From Blastocystis sp. subtype 4 (Eukaryota), in assembly GCF_000743755.1 (NCBI RefSeq), contig NW_014569493.1, forward strand, positions 1 to 44,973: DNA of 44,973 nucleotides, written 5' to 3'. The position numbers and the translations under genes are program-made. Positions 34,935-44,973 of the stretch are shown here, piece after piece (position 1 is the stretch's first letter; each line of letters starts with the position of its first letter). The notes below the pieces were generated by a model. The model searched no databases, was not told where the DNA came from, and saw nothing but the letters and a program-made list of their open reading frames with translations.

Positions 34935-36243
34935 TACTGCTTTTCGGGTATAGAAGATGTAGGGCGAGGACTTTGAGAAGGTCGATTCATCCAAATAGAA
35001 TTCAACATAAACATACAAGCTTGATTATCTTCAATCCATGTTAAGAAAGCAATCTGTTGAGATGGTTTCAATATGTTCATGTAACGATCAACCATCTCTT
35101 TCATTGTCTTCATGTTATCATCAATCTAGTCTCATTATCATTATCATCACAGTACTCGAGTCTGAAGTTGGTTTAACATAGACAATGTCTCCTGCAAATT
35201 CCGACGCTGTGTACGAATCAAAGCTTTTGCTCCTAGAATCGATCGCTGTTGCTCTGGAGTAAACTATAACTCGACTCACTCTCATTATCATACATTCATC
35301 TCACGACAGATCATTGACCAAATGCCACGTTCCTTCATAATTGGATTCGGGAACACTTCATTTGAAGGCAAATCCTGCAGGTCTGTAATGTACTCTCGAA
35401 GTGAATCCACTGTCGATGGAGATTCTTCCTTACTCTCATCCCAACTTGTCATCAATGCTTTTGTCAACTACAGTTAATTCTATTCTCTCAACTCTACATT
35501 CGTTGGGAGAAGTAATGTCTTCAAACGATCTAAATGATATTTTACCGTACGACGACGTTCCTGTCCATAGTCTTGCCAGGATACAATATACTCCTCCATC
35601 ATCTGCTTTAACTCAGCTTCGCTCGCTGTATCCTTCATCTCACGCATCTTCTTCAATTGGCGACGACGCTCATTTTCACGATTCTCACCATCCACACCTT
35701 TGCGCAGCAAAAATACGAGTTCCTCGTGCTCTTCTCGAAGTCGTTTTACCTCTTCTTCCATCTGTTCCATCTTCTCTCGTTGTCTCTTTCGGCAGTTTCG
35801 AGCAATTTCCCTGTTCCGTTCGAGACGCAGTTTCTTTTTCTCCTCACTTGTAAGTACAACATCTATAATCAATCAACATTCTTCTAGTCCTACCTGGATC
35901 ACGAGATAAAGATGAATCTTTACTACGCTGACTTGCGACGCTAACAGATGAATCCAACGCTGGTTGCTGAGCCTATCACAGTTATTGCTATATATACTCA
36001 GTCTACATTCTGTGATGTCCTAAGTTGATTTAGAGAAGACGTTGGCTCTTTCGATGACTGCTGCGGATTCAGGACTGGTCGATCATTATTCAGTGTGAAC
36101 AAATCTGAATTAATGAGAAGCCAAGAAAAAACATCTATTTGTGAGTCCATTCCCAATCTCCAACCATCATCAACGGATGACATCACTTTCCTATTCTCGC
36201 TGTTGCCAGCAACAAAATTAAGCAGATTATCAATCTGCGACAT
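34935..36243 (-). CDS. bZIP transcription factor (multi-exon; stop probably made by polyadenylation)
   Basis: Basic region EKKKLRLERNREIARNCRKRQRE followed by zipper MEQMEEEVKRLREEHEEL. C-terminal ILKPSQQIAFLTWI block. Confidence 0.9.
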
Positions 36244-36289
36244 CCTCACCCAACTAATCAATGAAGAACTCTTTATCTCAACAAACACA

Positions 36290-38175
36290 TTACTGCCAAT
36301 AACAACCACCCTGTCCCAAGGGAGCAGCACGACCCTTCAAATTCAACACAGGCGCAGCTTCAATACCACGACGATTTAACAGACAACGGAATCCAATGAT
36401 TCGATTCAGTGCAGCGTCCACATCATGCTTCTCACGAGGAGTCCACAAATGTTCTCCCACAGCAGCAGCACGAGGCCAGACTGTGTTAAACCAATTGGAG
36501 GTGTCTACAGATTCGGCCCACATACACGCTTCACCTCCCAGAATCTGTTTCTTGCGATCCTCACTCACACCTTGTGTGATATCATTATTGTAGAACACTT
36601 CCCAGGTATTATCCAGATCATCCAAATACCATCGTCTTGATATGATCACATTGTATCCCTTCTCCACAATTGATGATACTGGAGTACTACAAAGCCAGAT
36701 ATGAATAATGGCTCGTTTGTCTACTGGAGTTGGAATATGAGTGACCACCTCCTCCCAATTAACAGCTGTCCGATTGAATCCAAATACGATTTGATGAGCA
36801 CGATCCACTGTGTACTTGTAGGTATCCGTCACAGTCATTTGATTCTTCTCCATCCACTCACGAATACGTGGGGTCTTCTCCCAACAATGTGTATCTACTT
36901 CATCACCTCCTAAATGGAAGAAGTCGTCGAAGAAGATCCCAGAATACTTCTCACGACCTGTCATCTCACCAATGAAGCCATCTAGTAAATTGAATGCATT
37001 TTCATTCGATGGATCAATTGGTTCTGGACAATCTGTGGATGGACACACTTCAGGATATACAGTACACCAACTCTTCATGTGACCAGGCACATCAATCTCA
37101 GGAATCACACGGATTCCTCGCTGACGAGCATATTCAACAATCTCACGCATATCAGCTTGAGTGTAACGTTCATATTGCGTGTATGCAGAATCCCAGAATC
37201 GAGGGGCAGTAAAGGACTGAAGGACCTGGGCTTCATTATCTGACAAATGCCAATGCAGAGCATTAAACTTGCTGTAAACTAAAGAATCAATGATCTTCTT
37301 AACCACGGGAATCGGAAGGAAATGACGGACTGAATCAATCAACATACCTCGGTGCTAAAGATGAAACAAATGATGGATTCGTACTGGATATGCAGGAGCA
37401 TCCTGAATATGCCATGGGGCACCCTTCACTTGGTACAATCCTGTTTGCGTGTTGAACATCACCAACTGACTGAACGATTCCAATCCATGATACGCTCCGA
37501 AGATAGTATTTGCAGTAATTAGAGCAGGAGAGCCATCTTCAGGAATATACAATTCGTAACTCTCATCAACTCCAAACTATACATTAGGATGATTTGCTAA
37601 AAGTACATTCAATGGAACGTCGTAATTCTTAATATCAATTTGAAGTTCCAATAACGCAGCAGTTGTCGCGACAGAGGCACGATTGCTACCAAAAATAAGA
37701 TCCATATAACGATCCATTGCCATACGAATATCAGAATTATCCATATTTGCAACAAAATGGAAATGATAAGGATCGACTACGATTGTCCTGTCTCCACGTG
37801 AATATTCCTTTGGCATTGGCCATATAGGCATCTCAGGTTCTTTTCCAATGTGGGAAGCTAGAATTCACTCTTTTGATACAACTCCCACCTTCATCCCAAA
37901 TCCAGACATTTGTTGTAGTACTGCGCACAAGAGGCTTTGTAGCACTCTTTAAGTCTCCGAGTTCGTTAAAGGCAACACAGCCTTCTGTGTTCATACAAAT
38001 AATCTTCAATTCATCAACCTAAACATAATGTTTCATTTCATACTATCACATTCTTATTCCCTGTACTCTTGATAACATTCCCTTCAACGTCGAATCCGCG
38101 CATTGCCATATACTTGTGAGGAAGTTCAGCACTCACACATAGGGCAATCAGAATTAAAATCACAGAAAACTTCAT
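36290..38175 (-). CDS. secreted beta-hexosaminidase (GH20)
   Basis: Signal peptide MKFSVILILIALCVSA. Motifs IWPMPK, HRGMLIDSVRHF, NALHWHLSD, RVIPEIDVPGH, catalytic FHLGGDEV, GGEACMWAE and WPRAAAVGEHLW. Confidence 0.96.
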
Positions 38176-38256
38176 TTCACACGAGTATTCTGGTGAAACA
38201 CAATTCGAATAGTGTTTCGATTATCCCTTTTATGTGAGGATTCCAAACAAACAGAA

Positions 38257-41115
38257 TTACGATTTCTTTCCAATTTTCTGAAGCTTGTCTACTAAACGAA
38301 CACACTTTTCATATCTGTATCCTCATCTCTTCCATTGCTTTCCTACTCATCCTCAATCTCTACCACTTCATCTTCTTCACAAAAAGCATTCTTCCATGGA
38401 AGTCGATCCATCAACACACTGAGCAAATGCACTGGATCCTCCTTCACAATATCTTCCAGTGATGTGTATCCATTGTTCACTAAGATGATGGCTTGTTTCA
38501 ACTCAATCTACATCACATCAGCTTCATATGAATTACTCCTGCATTAAGTAGAACAAGAGCTTCTGGAGGTACATCTGCAACGACATCCTTCTCAAATGAC
38601 TTGAAAATCTCGAACAACATATCATAATGCAAACACTCCAGAATATGTAGATTCATATGATAGAATACTTTGCACGACACCTGGATGTTCTGAAGCACTC
38701 CTTTGGATAATTGGAACAACTGGCGAGTTCGATCCAGATTATTGAAGGTCAGGAGATCTCGAACTACAAGAGAAAGAAGAAAACGTTTCAATGTCTTTTG
38801 TGTCTGTTCATTTAGTGCCTGTTTATGATTCGAGTCTTATATTTTTACATCAGTGCGTGAGCCACTACGTAGTCGATACAATGTGGAAAGTGGGAGAATT
38901 GAGCGGTTCACAAACTGGAGTTCAGGTTCTGAGAGATTTGTTTCAATGTAGTCGATGGCTACAGGTAGAGAGACGTTAACATTAAGTGTAATGGGAGTAA
39001 GATGATAGAAGATTTGGAACGAATTGCTAATATCGATAGACTTATTCAATGAGGCAAGTGCCAATACTAGAGAATGAACTTCAGAAACATTCATTCCACT
39101 CTGGAATACGGCCTGACCCAATTCTGTAACACTCAAGGATACACGCTTGAGAAGTGATTCAGAGTCTTCTAAAGGACTGACCTCTTCTTGGTATGGTAGG
39201 ACCAACAATATGAAGTGATTATCAACGAGGTCAATAATGCACTTGGCAATCAAATAATAGAGAGATGATTCCGCTTGAAGACAATCTCTGTTGATGGATA
39301 GACGGAAGCGAGAAGGATTCGCTAGATATTCCAATCTTACCACTTGGTGAGGAGGAATCATGGGAGAATGGCTTAAATGAGGATAGAACGAATCTTGTGA
39401 AAGCAAATTCAGAGCACTAGGAATCGTTTTGACGATTCCAATCGCTACACATTCCAGAATCGCTTTCTTCCAGTATTCTGTAGATCGTAAGAAAGTGTGA
39501 AGTTCCGTTCCTTGGTTCTGAACTGGAAGTGAACACTGACAACTACGCATCTGCTTGTAATACGATAGATCATCTCTCTCCATTACGACAAACACTTCTC
39601 CTTTCATATCCTGTCCCATTCGACCAGTTCGGCCAATCATCTGTTGATACTCTGTGTTGGTATAAAACTTGTTACAGCGACGAATTCCATCAATCACTAC
39701 AATATCAACATTCAAATTGACTCCAGCCGAGAGGGTGGAGGTGGCAGCCAACAGACGGACACATCCACTGCGGAAGAGGAGTTCGGCTAAGGATCGCTCT
39801 GTCTCCAGCAGACCTGCATGATGTATACAGAGACCATGACGAAGAGAGAAGGCATAGAACGGATCCAGAGGCAGGATAGACTGTTGGTTGAATTGCTGAA
39901 TGCGTGCTTCGATCTCTTGTTGCTGTTGAACAGTTAATGGAGGCTAGTGATGGATGGCTATGTGATTCCTACCATGACAGACCACAACATACGAACCATC
40001 TGCTCACATCGTGCTTTTGTTGCACAGAACATGAGAACGGTAGCTGAATTATCGTGCTGACTCCAAATCCATCGAATCAACTCCATCACCTCATTGGTTT
40101 TCTCAGTAAGATTGAGTGTGTGAATGATGGTTTCACTCTCATCTTTCACACACTTGTCACACACACAATACTCAACACGTGCTTTCTCATTGTTGGAGTA
40201 TCGTTCCTCATAGCTATATCGAATCGCGTGAAGCCTATTTCATTATTCATTCTTTTGGTCTGAACCAGTGCTCAATGGCTTGAGGATAAGGTAATGTAGC
40301 CGATAGGAAGATGATTTGCAGATGTGGATTAAAAGCCTTCAACTTGATTACCAGAAGTTCAATTAGATAGCCTCGTTCACTTTCTATGGTTTGCGCCTCA
40401 TCTACAATGAGGAGATTCACACGAGGAATTAAGCCCTCTGCGACACAGCGATTGATGATCAAATTAGCCTTTTCCACTGTGGAAATAGCAATATCAATGT
40501 GTGGATCCAGTCGCTGAGAGCCACTACTGAAGAAACACTCCACAAATAGACCATTGCTCTCACATAGAGCAGATAGGTAATTACGTTTCTCTTCTATTAG
40601 AGAGACGTATGGAAGGACGATCAAACATTGACCTCTCCAGTATAGCAAGCGACGAAACATGAGAACCTCATAGACTAAAGACTTTCCAACACCCGTAGGA
40701 GCAGTATACACCAGACTCTGTCCTTTGAGAACAGCATCCTTCTCCATAGATAACAAATCAGACTGCCAAGGAAGCAGTGATGTAATACGGTAACGATTAT
40801 AATACGAATTTATCAACGGTTGTGTGATTCCATAAAACCGAAGATCGGAACGGGGATATTGTGGACAAACCTATAATTACAACATCCATATGAACATTAC
40901 TGTATTAAAAAAATTGACTTCGCTCATCATACCAAGAATGGGCTTGGCCAAGATACGTTTGTCACGTCTGCATGCAGCAATAGCCTTCTGTTTGAAGAAC
41001 TTACGACAGGTAATTGACAAATAGTATCTACATTTGACAAAATCAAGAATGAACAACTTCTGCTTCCCTTTAATTCTCCAACCAGAACATTTCGGTGGAG
41101 GTGATGACATTCCAT
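38257..41115 (-). CDS. Ski2-like SF2 DNA helicase, HELQ / POLQ-helicase-like, no polymerase domain
   Basis: Motifs LLPWQ, YTAPTGVGKSLV, STVEKAN, DEAQ..ERGYLIELL, LSAT, HHAGL, ATSTLSAGVNL, QMIGRTGRMG and TELGQA. Ends KKS* at 38257. Confidence 0.9.
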
Positions 41116-41148
41116 GGGAATTCAAAGAAACACAAAATGGAGGGAAAA

Positions 41149-42093
41149 CTAAATGACAGAAGTCTGAAGGATCTCTTGAACGAGTTGTTCATCCTGATGT
41201 TTTGCAAATGCATCAAGAATCTGTAATCGGCTATTCTGGTAGAGTTTTCCTTCCAAACAATGCTTGAGAAGCATTATTCCTTCTTTGCGAGTATTATCGT
41301 CGGAGTCTGATAGAGTCAATAACAATCTGTCAAGAATATCCTCCACAATAATTCCATTTCTATCTCCATCCATTTCCACAAGGAATCGAATACACTACAT
41401 TCAAAGTAATAATTACGATTACACAAATGGAATGATATCGAATCAATCGTTGACGATGCGAGAGTGGATGGACCAATAGTCGAATGAAAGACTCTGCTAC
41501 CATATGGATCTGAGGGAACTTAAGAACGAATTGTTGGAGAGAGGTAACAAGACACAATACAACTTGAGGACAGGGATCAACAAGATAGATACGAAGGAGT
41601 TTAACAATATCCTATGCTATATCTTGATTAGGACACTTTACATCGATGTGACGAAAGAGGAATGCGTTGCTGCTTTGTGTGAGTAACAATGCCAATAGTT
41701 GCGATATCTACATCCAAACAATAAGAAAATATATACACAAATACGAACTGCCTCAGTTTCATTACTTTTTTGATTCAGAACATTCCTAAATGTCAAACTA
41801 CGTCATCACTTACTTTTTCACAACTTCAAAGCAGAATTCTGAAATACTATCTCGTTCTTGTTCTTTAACATAATCAAACAACTGGATTGCCTACATGATG
41901 ACCGAATTCAAGCACTACTAACAATTTGAAAGGATAACTCTCTTGATGTGTCATATTCATCACTATAGAGTAGTTTCGAAAAGAAAGGGAGAAGATGATC
42001 ATCCTTCACAAAATTCTCGCCTTTTACTTCTTCAAGAATCTTCTTTAATCCATTTCTGCGAACTGCCTTATTTGGAGAAGATAGATCATCCAT
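41149..42093 (-). CDS. short HEAT-repeat protein resembling the N-terminal third of DNAAF5/HEATR2
   Basis: Blocks DLSSPNKAVRRNGLKKI, DTSRELS, ETEAVR, LVDPCPQV, HMVAESFIRLLVHPLSHRQRLIR and IVEDILDRLLLTLSDSDDNTR line up, from memory, with DNAAF5 blocks such as [31 protein letters not shown] and [21 protein letters not shown]. Confidence 0.6.
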
Positions 42094-42190
42094 TCTGAAC
42101 AGAAATGTTTTATTCTATATACTGTCAGATATTGTACACATTTAAATAAAGTAGTATCAGGACAATAAGTCATGAATCACGAATAGAGAA

Positions 42191-42302
42191 AAGAACAGCA
42201 TTGAGACTTCTCAGCGGGTCCCCCACACTGGTACTAACTCAACTCATAATGACTTAGCTTCCTAGATCAGACGGGTTAGGGCGCTTTCCACTAGATACTT
42301 TC
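42191..42302 (-). rRNA. 5S rRNA gene copy with aberrant 5' end (possible pseudogene)
   Basis: The minus strand reads TATCTAGTGGAAAGCGCCCTAACCCGTCTGATCTAGGAAGCTAAGTCATTATGAGTTGAGTTAGTACCAGTGTGGGGGACCCGCTGAGAAGTCTCAATGCTGTTCTTTT. It has the eukaryotic 5S hallmarks CGTCTGATCT, GAAGCTAAG (box A), GTTAGTAC, TGGG.GACC (box C) and a T-run terminator. Confidence 0.88.
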
Positions 42303-42367
42303 TTCTTTCACTAACCCCTTTCAACAACACATTCTTATCCTCACATCAGCAATCCTGATAAATACAA

Positions 42368-44363
42368 ATGAAACGGGGTAAAAAATCGCCTCATTCATGG
42401 AAGAAACCACGAAGGACGAAAGAAAATACATGGAGTGGTCAAGAAGGTCTAGTTCGCGAAAACAAATACTTTGAACGGTATTATAAACTTCAACATATTG
42501 TACCAGAAGATGAATATGACTTGTTTCTGGAGTACTTGGTAAGAACAGAGGAAGAGGTATGATTTCAGAAGAGAGATTTACCAATAACGTTACGGTTGAA
42601 TGAAACTGATCCTATGCATACCTGTGTTCGAGAGACATTGCTAACAAAGTTCCATTTTGAGGGAAGTGTTGAGGTTGATGGCCAACAAATCACTTGTATT
42701 CATCCAATTGAGTGGTATGGAAAGGATAATGCTTTTGAAATTGATGTTCATCGCAGGCGCTTAGGAAAAATCAGTGCTTTTAAGGAGTTACACCAATATC
42801 TCATTGAACTAACTCAAAATGGAACGATTGAAAGACAGGAGGCAGTAAGTATGCTTCCTCCTTTGCTCTTGGATGTTCAACCCACTGATATTGTTCTTGA
42901 TATGTGTGCTGCCCCTGGATCGAAAACATTCCAACTTCTTGAACGGGTTCATGGTCATTCAGGCTTTGTTATTGCGAATGAAGCTGATAGTCGTCGAGCA
43001 TATATGTTGGTCAATCAGACTGGACACCTTCGAAGCAACAATATTGTGATTACCAATCACTTAGGTCAACAGTTTCCTTTTATAACCGTTGATCGAGTTC
43101 TTTGTGATGTTCCCTGTAGTGGTGATGGAACTCTCGTAACTATGCATGTTGCTACTGATTCTCTAGCGCAAATCACCAGAATTATGGTCCAAATGGAATG
43201 TGAGTTATGCTCTGACGTTGCATCCTCTTCAGATAAGCATCGCAATGCATGCATTGCATCTTCTGAAGATTGGAGGTCGAATGACTTATAGCACATGTTC
43301 TTTGAATCCAATTGAAAATGAGGCTGTTGTGAATGAGATTTTGCGTCGTTGTGCTGGATCAGTTCGACTCGTTGATACTCATTCCTTCCTTCCACAACTG
43401 AAGCGATGTCCAGGACTCAATACATGGGTGGTTACTGATGATTCGTTAACTGTGTTCTCCAGTCTAGAGGAGGTGCCTCTATCTCAAAGGAAGTACTACC
43501 GTCAGTCAATGTTTCCTTCCTCATCTTTGTCTGATCAACATCTGGAATGGTGTATGCGATTGCTCCCACATCAACAGAATACTGGAGGTTTCTTTGTGTG
43601 TTTGCTTGAAAAGATTGGAGAGATTGAGAATGATGAGAATGATGAGTTAGCAGGATCAGTAAAATGTGAACAAGAATTACTGGGACTCCAACCACATAAA
43701 GAGACCATCCATACCTGGGATCATGCAGAGTTGGCATTCAAGATTGAGTTGAGTTTAGACAATCCTTTCTATCAGAGTTTTATGGTATTCAGGCTCAGTT
43801 CCCATGGGAACATGTTTACTCACGAGGTGATTCGAACCATGTTCAGTTAGGGATTTATCTTCATGTCTAGAACCTTCTCATTGTTCATCCGCAAATCTCC
43901 AAACTATGTTTGAAACTACCTCAACTGAATGTTATTTCAACGGGACTTAAACTCTTTGAATTCAACTCTCGTCTTGGTGAATGTCCATTTAGACTTTGTC
44001 AGGAGGGATTAAAGCTGATTCGACCATATCTTACGAAGAGGATTGTCCAAGCCCCTCTTGAGGACTTTATTCATGTACTCCAGACTCAACAGAAACCAGA
44101 AGAAATCAAGACGTTTTCGGTATCGGTGCAGAAACAGCTAGAAGGTATGAAGGTTGGATCGTGTGTATTTGAGTTGGAACAAGAAGACACGAACCAGGAA
44201 CAAGAAGACATAAAGCCAAGTCAGCCAGATAGTTATTCTGGTTTGATGTGTGTAGTATGGAGAGGAATCAATAAGTCGGTATATGTGAGACTGGTAATTC
44301 GTAGTGTTAATATTCTAGTTTCAGAAATTGAAATCAAACAATATAAACGATTATTGGGGGTTT
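42368..44363 (+). CDS. NSUN2: tRNA (cytosine-5)-methyltransferase NSUN2/Trm4 (multi-exon; stop probably made by polyadenylation)
   Basis: Motifs RQEAVSMLPPLLLDV, VLDMCAAPGSKT, DRVLCDVPCSGDGT, YSTCSLNPIENEAVV, PHQQNTGGFF and FRLCQEGL. Confidence 0.95.
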
Positions 44364-44367
44364 ACCG

Positions 44368-44375
44368 TGTTTGTT
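44368..44375 (+). terminator. Blastocystis-type polyadenylation motif TGTTTGTT
   Basis: Plus strand reads GGG GTT T|ACCG TGTTTGTT. Confidence 0.85.
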
Positions 44376-44436
44376 TCGATTTTTGGATTCTTAGGAAAAT
44401 AACCTATTTCTGCTCTCTCATTCTGGATTTCGGAAT

Positions 44437-44973
44437 ATGAGCGACACTACAACAATTGACGAATCTCTGTACAGCAGACAACTGTATGTTCTCGGAGAAG
44501 AGGCTATGAAGCGAATGAATGCTTCAAGTGCCCTTATTATCGGTATGAAAGGATTGGGAGTAGAGATTGGTATTGATGAACGTATACAGTAAAGTCTAGC
44601 GAAGAACATCATTCTCGCTGGAGTGAAGACTGTTGCTATATACGATAACGAGGCAGCGTGTATCAAAGATATGTCATCCAATTTTTATATTTCGGAACAG
44701 GATTTAGGCAAATCTAGAGCGGAAGTACGTCTTATTGGGGTTTTGAACCCTAGGTTTGTCTTCCCAAATTGCGTGAACTAAATTCGTATGTGAATGTGAT
44801 GCGAAGAGCTGAAGATTTGACTGAAGAGTACATCAAGTCGTTCCGTGTTGGTTCTGGATTTGTGTAGTGATGTTTAGGTTGTAGTAGCAACCAATCTGAT
44901 GAACAAGGAACAGGAGACTTTGAATGAGATTTGTCACAGAAATCACATTTGTTTCATCGGTGCAAATACCTAT
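44437..44973 (+). CDS. UBA1: ubiquitin-activating enzyme E1, 5' part (runs off the right edge)
   Basis: [77 protein letters not shown]. Confidence 0.93.

Noticed and set aside
372..44973. Fragmented ORFs read as frameshifted pseudogenes or an alternative genetic code
   Set aside because: In the cases I traced, the breaks are resolved by 25-33 nt GT-AG introns that restore the frame under the standard code.

Overview
Gene-dense eukaryotic nuclear DNA, almost certainly Blastocystis (an anaerobic, non-flagellated gut stramenopile). Evidence: very short (~25-33 nt) GT-AG introns that fragment the ORF track, tiny intergenic gaps, and the Blastocystis 3' motif TGTTTGTT at most gene ends. After manual splicing I read about 27 protein genes, two tRNA-Thr genes and one 5S rRNA-like copy. 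Proteins include a PH+ankyrin protein, GT49 glycosyltransferase, MOB1, RPL31, a large mosaic surface protein, a double Coa1-like mitochondrial protein, NEMP, two atypical intronless Hsp70s, PA28, CDP-alcohol phosphotransferase, TPT-family transporter, phosducin-like, an RD/RS protein, bZIP, GH20 hexosaminidase, HELQ-like helicase, a short DNAAF5-like protein, NSUN2 and UBA1. Main points of interest: (1) four genes appear to get their UAA stop from polyadenylation, including a convergent pair sharing one overlapping signal; (2) two intron-containing, catalytically degenerate transposase-derived genes (piggyBac-like and pogo/CENP-B-like) lie within 4.3 kb; (3) a 270-nt intron in the RD/RS gene has a poison-type alternative acceptor and a poly(A)-like signal on its 3' splice site; (4) homologues of ciliary (DNAAF5) and respiratory-complex (Coa1) assembly factors occur in an organism lacking flagella and complex IV. 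All family calls are motif recognition from memory, with no database searches. Several 5' ends are approximate.
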